Below, piece by piece: positions 38,761-51,030 of a DNA stretch of 64,000 bases. The stretch is from the human T2T-CHM13v2.0 reference genome, Homo sapiens. The notes under the pieces were generated by a model. It made no database searches, was not told the origin of the DNA, and saw only the letters and a program-made list of their open reading frames with translations. The stretch lies in assembly GCF_009914755.1 (NCBI RefSeq), contig NC_060936.1. One strand, 5' to 3'. A program made the position numbers and the translations under genes. Numbering within the stretch: the first letter of the stretch is position 1; every line of letters begins with the position of its first letter.

Positions 38761-41027
38761 GAGGACAGAGCGTTATTGAAGGATTTCAGACAGGAAGTGA
38801 CGTGGCAATTTTTGCTTTTTTGCTCAAGCTGCCAGGCCCAAGGAACTCTATCTCATATGGTTGCACCATAGGTTTTACCTAGCCTGCTTCTCAGAGGCAT
38901 CAACGCTTTAAATAACATATTGTAGCCCTTCTTAACCTTCAATGGAACAAGGTTTTCCTGTTGGATTGTTCCTGACCTCCTGTTGACCATGAAAATTAGG
39001 TCTAACACTATACGGTCTATGTAAACTGATTAAAAGACCAGCAGAAATCAGAACACCACATTTATTGACTTTGCTTTCTACCCTGATCTTATGTTATCCC
39101 TGATGGCTTCTTTCTGCATTAGTGCTCAAGAGCATTTCCAAAGTGTTTCTGAGTCTGACAAAGGGACAGAGCTGTTCTTGAATGAGACACCTCACAGTCT
39201 GACACTTGGTTTTGTTTGAAAAAGGGGCATGAAAGTCATCTCAGCAGGCCTGTGGTGGGCGTCTAATGAGATGACAGATGTGAAACCTCTCTGGGAATAT
39301 CAAGCACAATGAGGGAGTCACTTTCTAGCTTTAGGGATACATTCTTGGAGGAGGTTGAAGGAGGTGAGCCTGCTGGGTGCTACATGTTCCTGATGACCTA
39401 TCCTGTTGTTTTGCGATAAGCCCTAGATGCTGGCTTTTGATGGGTATTAGTTGGTTTCTGAGCATACCCAAAAGATACCAAAGACAAAGAGAAATTTTCA
39501 AGGCATTCAGTTTAGAATCCTAAGACTCCACCAGTTGTTCATCCGTGCTTCCTGCCTGATGTGGGAATCCTCTCTATGACATCCCCTTCAGGGTCACGTT
39601 CTTGAAGCACCTCTGGAGTCTGTTAAGTGTCACCTACCCATTACACATTTTATTATGTTGCTTAACATGTCAAGAATCCAATTTACAAAATTCTCCTTCA
39701 AACCTGTCTTTTATTCCACTGTGCTCTATCTCAGAAAATGGGCAGTAACATCTCAATCCTCCTTCATTCACTCACAAAATATTTATTATGTACCACATCC
39801 TTGCCCATGACCCCACATCCATTTTACTTGCTAACTAGCTCTTCGTTCACTTCTCTCTAAATTAACCACCAACACCACTACATTTTAAGCTACCAGTCCC
39901 TGTCACCTGCAGGACTGCAGTGGTATCCCATGAGATTCCCCAGGTGTACTCTGCCTCTATTCATGATTTGTAGCCAGAGTCACTTTTAAAATACAAATCT
40001 AAACATCACACCTGAAGAAATATTTCAGTATCTTGCCATTACTCTTAGAATAAAACCAAAATACCTCAGCATGGCCTACCAGGCCCAGATAACTTGACCC
40101 ATCTGTATTCCACCAACTCTGTATTGTACAACTGGTACCTGTGTAATACCAGGCTTCCTTTTGCTTTTTGCATTCTAGCCATGTTAACTCTGACCAGAAC
40201 CAGCCTCTTCCCATCCCTATTCTTTATTGTCTCTTGCCCTTGAGATCATTCATTCGTTCAATCATACTCCTCAGTTCATCATTCATACGTCATACACTTA
40301 GTGTCATCTAGCTAATCATCTTGCCCATCTGATTAGTGCAAAATAGGCATTGTTGCTTCAGTTTGCATAATCCAATATGTAGTCAACCTGAGCACCTCTT
40401 TGTATTATTATTCACCTTTTGGGTTTCCTCTTCTGATTCTTCTTTGTATCTTTTGCCCATTTTTAAAAACTTAGGGTTCCTGACCTTTTCTTTTTGATTG
40501 TTAAGACATCCTTAAATATTCTGTATATTCATCTTTTGTCAGCTTTTTATATTGCAAAGACTTTCTTCCCATCTATGTGATCTCCTTCATGCTCTCTTTG
40601 AGGAAGGCAAGTACTAGGAGATGAGGCTGGCTATCTAGGTAGGGGCAGCTACTAGGAAAATCAGACAGATATCAAGTGGCAGTGCCAAGTTTAGAACCTT
40701 AGAACTCTGATGATTCCTAACAGGTCTGTACTTTTATTCATCAGTAACTCATGAGGTTTCTAATACAAGATGCGGTCTAGCTAGCAGAGCTTGATATAGC
40801 TTCAAATAGCTTCCTACTAAAATGTATACAAAGTTAAAAAAAGAAAAAAGATAAAAATTCATACTACCACCAGTGAGCAGAATTTACATTAACCATAAGA
40901 TCAATGGAACTGGATTAAAACAACTAATCAGTAGCATCCCAAACATGCTGTCTATCTGAAAGTGAATATGAAGACCTTTTTCTGTCCCACAATTTTGTAT
41001 TCATGACTGGAAAGGCAAGGTCTGAGT

Positions 41028-41217
41028 TAGATATGGCAAATATACGTATGAGTGACATTACACCTCCCTCCCAAATTCATCACAGGCATCACTTATCTAT
41101 CACAGCATTCCTTCCTACTGAGCTCAGATATGGATTCTGAGTCCTTGCCAGCAGTGTTGCCGTTGCCACATGAAGTAAATGATTGGTCTTTAAACTGAAA
41201 TTTACCTGTTATCCATA
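41028..41217. mobile_element. MER117-like hAT MITE
   Basis: ATGGCAAATATAC..CAGGCATCACTTATCTATCACAGCATTC.TTCCTACTGAGCTCAGA..GAGTCCTT. Confidence 0.55.
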
Positions 41218-41313
41218 GTCATTCTAACCAGAACATGGGCAGTGATCCCTCCTCATGCTGCCTGCTGTTAAGAGATGCACTGTCACTGTCATTATGCTCC
41301 TCTTCTTTCCCTC

Positions 41314-41687
41314 TGATGTGATTAGGCTTTGTGTCCCCACCCAAATCTCATCTTGAATTCTAATCCCCATGATTCCCACGTGTCAAGGGAGAGACCAGGT
41401 GGAGGTAATTGAATCATAGGGGCAGTTTCCCCCATGCTGTTCTTATGTAAGTGTGTGAGTTCTCATGAGATCTGATGGTTTTATAATGGGCTCTTCCCCC
41501 TTCGCTTGGCACGTCTCCTTCCTGCCACCCTGTGAGGAAGGTGTCTTGTTTCCCCTTCACCTTCCACCATGATCGTTAAGTTTCCTGAGGCCTCTCCAGC
41601 CATGCTGAACTGTGAGTCAATTTCCTTTATAAATTACCCAGTCTCAGGCAGTTCTTACTAATAGCAGTCTGAAAATGGATTAATACA
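41314..41687 (+). mobile_element. THE1D-like MaLR solo LTR
   Basis: TGATGTGATTAGGCTTTGTGTCCCCACCCAAATCTCATCTTGAATT..GGGAGAGACCAGGTGGAGGTAATTG..TAATACA; TSD CCCTC (41309-13 / 41688-92). Confidence 0.93.
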
Positions 41688-41869
41688 CCCTCTCACCAAA
41701 TTCAAATCACTTTTTTTTTTTCTATATTCAGTCATAGACTGAAACTCTTACAAAAGTGCTGGGCAAGGAGTACCAGAGGGAGCAGCATGACACTTGCCTT
41801 CCGGAAGGGGTATACACCACATCAAGCAGGCAAGATGGATATGGGAAGAGTGGTAAGAACTGCAATCAG

Positions 41870-42720
41870 AGTGAATCACAAAGAAAAAAAGATGAAAACT
41901 ATAGGCTGAAGAATATGAACCAGGGGACATAGTGAAAATGTCAAACATGTTTAATTGAGGTCCCATAAGGAGAAAAGGAATGGAATAAGACAGAAGCAAT
42001 ACTTGAAACACTTACGACTGAGGTTGATGTGAAATGATGAGATATTAATACCCATATTCATTCAAGAAGTCTCCCCAGATTCCAAGCATGATCTTAAAAA
42101 AAAGAAATCTAGACATATTAGTGAAATGTCAGGCAAACAAACATACGAAGATGATGTCCAAATAATCAACAGTTAGACTGACAAGTAACTTTTTAGTAGC
42201 AACAACAGAAGCTGGAACACAACAGAACGATAACCTCAGCGGAACTGCCTCACCTCAACTGGAAATGAAAGAAAACAATGGGCATCTAAGAATTCTCTGC
42301 ATTGAAAAATCACCCATACAGCCATTTGCACACTGAAACTGAAGGAGTTTGAACCAACAGACGTGCTACTAAAAATATTCTGAAGTATGTTATTCAAACA
42401 GGGTAATGATTCCATAAGGAAAACTGAAGATGCAGGAAAAATGAAGAGACATAAAAGTGGTTAAAAAAAAAATAAATAAATAAAAGTAAGAAAAATGAGT
42501 AAGTCTAGGAGCATATGCATATTCATGACTAAAGAAATATAAGGAAAAATAATAACATCTTGGAGTCAGGTTTAAAATATATTTTTGGAGACAATTAAAA
42601 TTCAAAATGACAGTAGCATATACATTAAGAAGAGATAAATGGAATTTAAAAGTTCTTAGTCCATTACATTGTTCAGGAGAAAAGTAACGTATATATTATC
42701 ATTAGCTTTATTTATCAAGA
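41870..42720 (+). mobile_element. Ancient L1ME/HAL1-like ORF1-region relic
   Basis: A-rich; TAATTGAGGTCCCA.AAGGAGAAAAG.AATGG..AGAAGCAATACTTGAA; CTAGACATATTAGTGAAAT; AGACTGACA..ACTT..TAGCAACAA.AGAAGCTGGAA. Confidence 0.55.
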
Positions 42721-42842
42721 ACACAACCTACATTGAAAAGACAAAGTTTATTTGTAAAACTGTTAACCAGGCTTATCTCTAGATTGTAGGATTATAGGTA
42801 TTTTTTTCTGCTTCTTGAGAATGTTTTATACTTTCCCACCTA

Positions 42843-43172
<330 letters not shown>

Positions 43173-44319
43173 CACTTTCCAATTTTCTACAATGAGTATA
43201 CAATACTTTTATAAATAGAAAGTAATAAAATATTAAAAATATAAAAAGTCATCTGTAGTGTAAGAAAATAATATAATTTTGCCACTTGTTAAGGACATAG
43301 TAAAAGACTTTCCTACACTAGCAGAAATGTCAGCATCAACGACTTCAAGACCATATCTAATGCTAAAATTCCATGTATTTGATGTATCTTTTTGGTCATT
43401 CAAATTTCACTCTTTCGAGGAGTAAGAACAGCAAAGCAATCTCCAGATAGCGTATGTGATTAACAGACTTACTCAGATAATCATTGCAACTCTCATCCGA
43501 AAACGAAACCTGAACTCAGATACTATCTGTTTCACATTCCTTCCTAACCTGATGTAGTCAAGGAGACTAGAAGCTTCAATCCTGCAACAGGAATAAAATA
43601 ATGTTTCAGCCTAGGAGCTTTCAGTTTGTTTCTGCCCACTTCTGGATCCACTTGGGAATATGTGTGATACTGCGGCCAAATTTCCCCCGGGATATCTTGA
43701 GTTTGGATCCCTGACTCTGAAGCCAATGCGCCGTGTAATCTTAGACAAATTCACAAACCAGTGCCTTAGTTTCTGGCTATGTAGGGAATAGGAAGAAGGG
43801 CAGGGCTGCAAGTGATAACTTCCCTGAAGAATGTTGGAAAACTCCCTAACACTTTTCACAGCTCTGAGATAGTGTAAGCAGGGGTCAGACTCCACCAAAG
43901 GTCAAATGGACACATGCCCAGTGACCTGGGGATACCAGGGGTGGGGAGCAGAGGGGTGGCCTAAACTTAGTGCACTTTCCACAAAGACGGATGGAAGCAG
44001 ATGTGGCTCTGGCTCTCAGGAAAGGAAGTCTATTCTAGTATACTCACATCCTGAAGATTTGCCCAGCCTACTCGGCAGAGGCCACTGGACCTTGGGTGTG
44101 AGGTTAAGAGCCAAATCCTAAATACCTTGAGCCTTCTCCAATTCTACAGTAGTGGGAAAACATCTTGTGTTGGTTGACCATGAGATGGCCTGCCAAGAAG
44201 GAGAAGGGAAGTCTCTGCTGTTTGCAGCATCTTTCCATGTGGGTGTGGGTGTGACATATGCCCCTAGCACAGCACAGGTACCACAGCATCTGACGTCCCC
44301 TGAGAATTTTGGACACTTA

Positions 44320-44795
44320 TTCGGAAGGGACCTCCAATGTTCACCGGATGCTTGACTTCTTTTCCATTATCTTCAACAAATAGCCATGTGCCGGCTGTTT
44401 TAACAACTCCAGAAACCGGAAACTCACTCCCTAACTTGGCGGCCTGATTTCATTTTTTTTTTTTTTCACGTCCCTTAGAAATTCTTTCCTTGTAAAGAAC
44501 AGAAATTTATCTCCTTGTAGGTCTTTTCTTTCTGGTCTTACATGGAATGACCATATTATTTATTGTCCAAATACAGGCTCATGCTTGAAACTAAATAGGA
44601 GAACTATTAATAATTGCATCCGGAAAATAGGGGTAACCTGGAACTCTCGCCTGGCAAAATAAGACATACAGACCATCCCAGCCTTAGGTTTACCCCAGGG
44701 GTAACTAGAACAAGCTTGTCCCCCTCCTTCAGAGTCACTGATATTCAAAGGTACTTAAATTGCCCCCTGAGTCTTCTCTCCTCTAGAATAAACAA
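44320..44795. mobile_element. L3/CR1-like relic
   Basis: GAAACTCACTCCCT..TTAGAAATTCTTTCCT..AGAAATTTATCTCCTTGTA..CCCCTGAGTCTTCTCTCCTCTAGAATAAACA. Confidence 0.4.
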
Positions 44796-45099
44796 GAGAG
44801 GCTGATTTCTTTAGTAGAAAGAGAATCAGACTGAGAGCAAGAAATAGCTGTGTAACTTTTGGAGGCTTCATCAGAGAGAGTCAGTTGCCTCCCAAGATCC
44901 AATGTTATATCCTGGTATCCAAGAAAAGAAAGCAATTTGTAACATTCTGAAATGTGAAAAGTCTGTCAGAAGGACATGAGATGAGCTATACGAATTGTGA
45001 AGCATAAATTGTGGTTTTATTTGTTCTGCAGAAGCATTAAAAAGTTGCAAATTTTTCAAGAGGCAGGATGGTGTGGCGTCTGTGGATGCCAAATTTTGG

Positions 45100-45265
45100 T
45101 CTGCAGGCCTGAGGCTGAGCTGGTTGCATCAGAATCTGCTGGGAAATTGTTTAAAAATCAGATTCCTGGGCCTCACCTCAGAATCTCCAGAGGGGCCTGT
45201 AGCATTTGTATTCTGAAAAGTTGTGGAAGCAGTTCCAATGATGAGCCAAGTCTGAGACCCACCAG
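45100..45265. mobile_element. MER5A-like hAT MITE
   Basis: GCATCAGAATC..CTGGGAAATTGTTTAAAAATCAGATTCCTGGGCCTCACC..CCAAGTCTGAGACCCAC. Confidence 0.7.
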
Positions 45266-45376
45266 CAAAATGACCAAGAGCACCAACTTTAGTGCCATTC
45301 ACTCATTCACTTCACACATATTTATCGATCACTTACTATGTGCCAGACATTTTCTAGGCACAGGTGAGCCAGCAGT

Positions 45377-45378
<2 letters not shown>

Positions 45379-45416
<38 letters not shown>

Positions 45417-45418
45417 AC
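45379..45418. repeat. (CA)n microsatellite
   Basis: Directly visible. Confidence 0.95.
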
Positions 45419-46741
45419 TCTCAGTATAAATTTCAAAAGATTTGTGGTCAAGGGCCAGTCTGATATCACTAGCTATGTGGTTCAACTTTCCAATGCCTTA
45501 GTTTCCAACTCTATGAAATGAGGATGGTGATACCTACCCCATAGGGTTGTTATGATGTTTAAATAAGGTAATGTATGTAAAGTGATTACCCCAGTGGCTG
45601 GTCCACAGTGAGCACTCAATAGTTATGTAGACCATATCATGTTGATGGTGATGTCAAAAGCAATGACAGTGAAAAAGCTAGAAACAGAAAGCAAAGAAAG
45701 TTTACTAGTTTCATCCCATGGATACATTGAAAGACAACCTACGTTCACATCCAAGTTTTCTGTGAACCATGCAGCCACTTTTTCACTATGATTTTGCGTG
45801 GTCTTTCTTTAGAGATTCCATCCAACATTAACGTTCTATAAACCCCAAACCACTCAAATGTGCCAAAACAAAACAAAACAAAACCCTTCTGGCATTTGGC
45901 CATACTGTTGGCTATCTTCTAGACCATTCCAGCTCCTGGTGCTTGCCTTGACGTGGGATCCGGGAGTCAAGTGCATCATTCTAGGCATGATCTGAATTTA
46001 AAAATCTATAGTAAGAGAAATGACAAGGATTATAGTAAGAAGTTGAGTTATCACTTCTATCTTATCGTTCTAGTTACTGTACATGGGCAGGTCTCAGGCC
46101 AGGTTCAGGTCTCATCACCAGTTGAGATAAGGCAGAAAGAAGATGGACAGAGATGGAAAGGATATGTGGAATAAGACCACCAGGGAGTGAGGCAGGGCTA
46201 TGGAGGAGGAGGCTGAGAAGCTGCCTATTTTGCAGGCAATAGCTTTTACTCCTCCGAGGAGGTCAGCAGAGATTTTAATGAGAACATCTTGGCCAAGGCC
46301 ATGATTCACTGTCCAAAACTGGGCTGGGCCCCTCACGCTGGGAGAATTTCACAGTTTTTCACATTATTCCCAAACCCCATTCCTCTGTTTAAGGATGTCA
46401 CTCAGAGTTTATTACAACAAGGGTCCAAATACCTCCATTCATATGTCCTAAGGGGCCAGAGGCTTGGGAAGAGCAGCAGTGGCGATGAGGGCAGCCAGGA
46501 GCAGGGAAAAGGGGCAGTTCTGGGACACATTAGGAAGACAGCTCCTAGGAGGGAAAGCTCAACTCTCTTTGTTCACACAACCTGGGTTCAGAGCCCTAAA
46601 GAGAAGCAAACACTGAAATGCAATGGAAGAACAGGAAGTTGGAAGGAAGAGCAGCTTCCAAGGGGCAACTGGCCAGCTGTAGTGCTGCCATGTGCACTAC
46701 ATAGCCTGGGCATTGCACAATTCCAGAGGGTACCATCCATA

Positions 46742-47033
46742 CAGGGAACAAATAAGCAGATACTTTCTGCAAAGGACTAAATAATAAATATTTTTTGTTT
46801 TGCAAGTCATACAGTCTCTGTCACAACTATTCAATTCTGCCATTGTAATAAGGGTTGTTGAATAACACAGGACACCATGTATTTTTATTTGCTAAATATG
46901 GCAACCCTATTTGTACACAACAGCAGCCATATACTATACATAAACAAATGGGCATGCTGTGTTCCAGTAAAATTTTCTTTATAAAAGCAGGCAGTAGAGC
47001 AGATTTGATGATGATACGAATGGACAATCCCTG
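46742..47033. mobile_element. MER58A hAT MITE containing an internally deleted MER53 (~46850-46909)
   Basis: TTTCTGCAAAGGAC.AAATA.TAAATATTTT..GTCTCTGTCACAACTATTCAATTCTGCCATTGTA | AGGGTTG..GGCAACCCTA | AGCAGCCATA..AAATGGGCATGCTGTGTTCCAGTAAAA. Confidence 0.8.
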
Positions 47034-47456
47034 GAGTTTTACAATGCAGCAGTGCTTTCCAGCCAAGACTGCCAACAGGGCACCCAGTTTCCAAATGGCA
47101 CTGTGGGTAAAGCAATGATTTTCAAACGTGTTTGACTATAAGCCCTACAGTAAGATACACATTTTAAGCCATGATTAAGCTTCACAAAAACATACTTAAA
47201 CTACACTAAGTGTGATATACTACATCTTATTATATTCTGTTCAATTTTTTAACTGTTGGTGGCAACTGATGCAATTAACTTTACCATCTTCTAATGGATT
47301 TTCTGGACCTTCAGCCAGAAGATCTGAGTTTCAGTCTTAAATTCTAACTCTTGTCAACAATGTATCCTTAGAAGAATTACCTCATTTGAGAATTTACATT
47401 TGGAAATGGGGTTCATAATCATTTCAGAGTGACTTTATGCGGCAAACATGATACAG

Positions 47457-47720
47457 TTCAGTTTCTCAAACTGTGGTGTAATTACCATTGGTGGTACCTG
47501 AGATGAACATTGTATGCACCTATTTTAATTCTTTATGAAAACATACAACTTATGTCAAATGTATAATGTTACCTGTAATATAAAGCTTCCTCTTAAAATA
47601 AACTTATTTTAAAAATAGGATAATTTACTTAAAGACAAATATTAAGCAAATGACATTACAAGTTATAGGTGAAAGTTGTGAATTTGTACAAGTGGTAAGT
47701 AAGTGAAGTTTAGGAAGCTT
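47457..47720. mobile_element. MER113-like hAT relic
   Basis: TTTCTCAAACTGTGG..GGTGGTAC..ATATAAAG.TTCCT.TTAAAATAAA.TTATTT..TTAAAGA.AAATATTAAG.AAAT. Confidence 0.5.
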
Positions 47721-47872
47721 GGAGATGACGTATGAGCAAGTACAACCTAAAAGATGGTAGGAGTGACACGGTGACCCCTTGTAGACTTGAGCTAAGTGCC
47801 TGATTCACTGTGAATTCTCCAGCACTGAGAATTGGATTGGCTCACAATCAGTGCTCAGTATGTGGTTATGAC

Positions 47873-48105
47873 AAATGGATGAATGGATGTTGGATTTATG
47901 GATGGATGGATGATGGGTAATAAGTGGAACGGTAGATGAGTGATGGATGGGTGGATGAGTGAATTGGTAGATGAATGATGGGGATGGATGAATGGTGGAT
48001 GATGAGTAGATGGATGATGGACCAATGGATGGATGAATGCATGTTGAACAACGGATGATGGATGGATGGGTGGATGGATTCATGGATGAATGGGGAAATG
48101 AATGA
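47873..48105. repeat. Degenerate (TGGA)n simple repeat
   Basis: Long ATGG/GATG-rich tract. Confidence 0.9.
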
Positions 48106-49437
48106 AATAATTAAACACCGACCTTTTGGAGTCAGAAGAACTTAGTTTAGAGTTACAAAGGATGAAGCATGGTGTCAAAGGTGTCAGTGACTTCAGGGCC
48201 TGGGGGTGGGAGGGTGGGGGCAGATATTCTTGCTCTGAGGTGTCATCTGGATGCTAAAACCCTCTATACTGCCACAATTAATACTGAGCCATGGAAACAT
48301 CAGGCTGAAACAGGAAACACTAAGCTGATGTCAGCTCTGTTGCCCACATAGAAATGTCATTCCTGGACACAGGCACTTGCAGTAAATATCTAGTGAAGAC
48401 AGTAGGAATAGAAATGCCTACAACTATAAATCCTTGGAAATGTTGACTCATGTAAGTTTGAACTTCTAGCCATTTGCTGATGAGAATGGCATCTTCTAGG
48501 TGCAGCCCACGGGCACAGAGGGCACCAGGGACCAGCAACAATCGCATGTCAAAAGGATAAGGAAACTCAAGTGCATTGGGCTGCCCCACTCAAGAAGAAG
48601 CTCCCATAATAGGTCAAATTCCAACAGAGGAGATTTTTGCATTGGCAGAGAGGGAATGATGTCTTACATGACAGATGACAGCCCTTATAATTCAAACAGT
48701 CTCTACTTCTTTTATTAAGAAATATTTTGAAAAACATGAGGTGCTCAACTTATTTTTTCAATCCCAGGACATACCCATCTGCTTTTGCCTTCCAGTTTCA
48801 TGCTGAAAAATTTAAAGTGATACTATTTTCATCTCTTCCCTCATTTCAATACAGAAGAACCCTGATGAACTAACGCATAGAGAGAGCAATTTTTTACGGA
48901 CAGAGGGGAACTGTGGAAAGGTGGTGACGGTCCAGCCCCTGTAGAAAAATTCTGAATCCCCATTTGCTGGTATGTTCTGCCACCTCTCTGTGCCTCAGTT
49001 TCCATTTCTGTAAAGCAGGGAAACATCTATGGAGCTGTTGTGAGGATTAAATGAGTTAGCAAAGGCAAAGCATCTCGAAGTTTCTGGCACATAGTAAGCA
49101 CCCAATAAATGTGACCTAATTTTATTCTGTGTACTTACTTTGTACCAGAAACTTTCACTTCAAGAATGTTATTTAATCCTTAAAAATTAAAAATTATTCC
49201 TAGTTTCCAGATCAAAGGTTAAGTGACTTAACAAAGTCTAGCAAATAGTAAAAGTAGGATACAAACCAAATTCCTTATCTTCTTGTCTTTCCTGCCATCT
49301 TATGCTACTGTGCTAATCTGATTCACCAATTAAAAGCCATTTCCATAAAGCATGAATTCAATTAGGTTTATATTTTTAAATTTTTGATCTAACAATAGAA
49401 TGGATCCCCTTTCTGCCCATCTTTATTTTTTTGTCAC

Positions 49438-49448
49438 GTGTGTGTGTT

Positions 49449-49486
<38 letters not shown>
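49438..49486. repeat. (TG)n microsatellite
   Basis: Directly visible. Confidence 0.95.
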
Positions 49487-49490
<4 letters not shown>

Positions 49491-50154
49491 TCAAGGTTGA
49501 GGTACTTAACCTGATACTTAAATGTGACTCTAAACCCCTTGAAGGCAAACTTCATTTCATCTGTATCATATGACTTGGTGGAAAGGCATATACAGAGGAA
49601 GGATTTGGTGACAAGAGATGGCTTATGGTAGCCCCCACCTGGAGTGGGCCTCTACTTTCCCACCAAGGCTAATTTAGAAGGCAGAGGGTGCTAAAGGCAG
49701 TTGGAAATATTAGAGGTTGTCCTTTGCTTACCAGCTTCTTCCAGGACCCATGTGTCTCCCAGCCCCCTTCCCAGACCTAGTTCTACCCTCAGTACAAGAC
49801 ATCTCAGCCTCTGAGAGACTCTAAGGTAGGAAAGATATGGACATAAATGAAGAAGGGAAGGAGAAAGGAGTGAGAACATTGAGAGGAGTTTTCTCAGTGG
49901 CTTGTGATTTTCCCTAAAGAAGGAAACAAGGGCATGGCATGAGTGAGGGAAGGTGGGCGGGGGAGCCTAGAATGAGATGGGAGAGAGCTGACTCAACGGG
50001 AAAAAGCAATGCCAGAAGACTGTGAGGGCCATTGACCAAGGAAGCCAAGAATGCGACTTCATTATTTCACACTAACTGTGCCTTTCTTAGAAAAAATAGC
50101 TTGGACTCTTGAAACATCAGGCTGTGGTCTCTAGGTTCCTTTGAGGATGGATGG

Positions 50155-50561
50155 TGGTATGACTTGGCTATGTCTCTATCCAAATCTCATCTTGAATGGT
50201 AGCTCCTATAATTCCCACATGTTGTGGGAGGAACCCGGTGGGAGATCCTTGAATCATGGGGCAGTTTCCTCCATACTGTTCTTAGTGAATAAGTCTCACA
50301 AGATCTGATGATTTTATAAGGGGAAATCCCTTTTGCTTGGTTTTTCTCATTCTCTCTTGCCACTGCCATGTAAGAACTTGCCACTGCCATGTAAGTTCTC
50401 TTGCCACTGCCATGGAAGTTCTTGCCACTGCCATATAAGAACAGTTTTTCTCCTTCTGCTATGATTGTGAGGCCTCCCCAGCCATGTGGAGCCTCTTTTT
50501 CTTTATAATTTACCCAGCCTCAGGTATGTCTTTATCAGCAGCATGAAAACAGACTAATACA
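50155..50561 (+). mobile_element. THE1B/C MaLR solo LTR with an internal 4-copy tandem repeat
   Basis: CCAAATCTCATCTTGAAT.GTAGCTCC.ATAATTCCCACATGTTGTGGGAGG..GGTATGTCTTTATCAGCAGCATGAAAACAGACTAATACA; TSD GATGG (50150-54 / 50562-66). Confidence 0.93.
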
Positions 50562-50569
50562 GATGGTGA

Positions 50570-51030
50570 GTTCATTCAGCTCTGTGTGGATTCATTCAAC
50601 CACCACGTAAACCTGTATTGAACACATACTATGTGCCAGGAAGTCCACTGGGCTCTGAGGACACAATGGTAGTAGAAATAAAAAATGCTTCTGCTTTCAT
50701 GGAACTTACAGTATGATGTGGGAGATGATCAAAAAGCAAAAGACAACCATTTTCATAAATAAGAAGACAGGGTATAAGGAGGGAGAATAATGGGGAACAC
50801 CTTCTGAACTCCGGGGGTGGTTCAGAGATGGCCTTACAGAAAGCGGGAAAAGAGCATCCAGGCTGAGGGAATAGCATGTGTGGAGGGGGCCAGAGGAGAA
50901 AGGAGCTAATCAGGGCAGGAGCCTAAAGTACAGGGAGCAAGGGGCAGTGAGGCCAGAGGGATTGATAGAATGGTAGGCAGGTCAAGTGGGGCCTGTCAGG
51001 GTTTGGATTTTAATTTTAATTTAATTTAAT
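50570..51030 (-). mobile_element. L2 LINE 3' end
   Basis: ATTCATTCAAC..TATTGAACACATACTATGTGCCAGG..CTGCTTTCATGGAACTTACAGT..CATCCAGGCTGAGGGAATAGCATGTG. Confidence 0.75.

Noticed and set aside
44629-44706. Short inverted repeats TTACCCC-A-GGGGTAA
   Set aside because: Short enough to occur by chance, and lie within a probable L3 relic
44997-45521. 174-aa ORF
   Set aside because: Runs through MER5A, L2, a (CA)n repeat and a MIR
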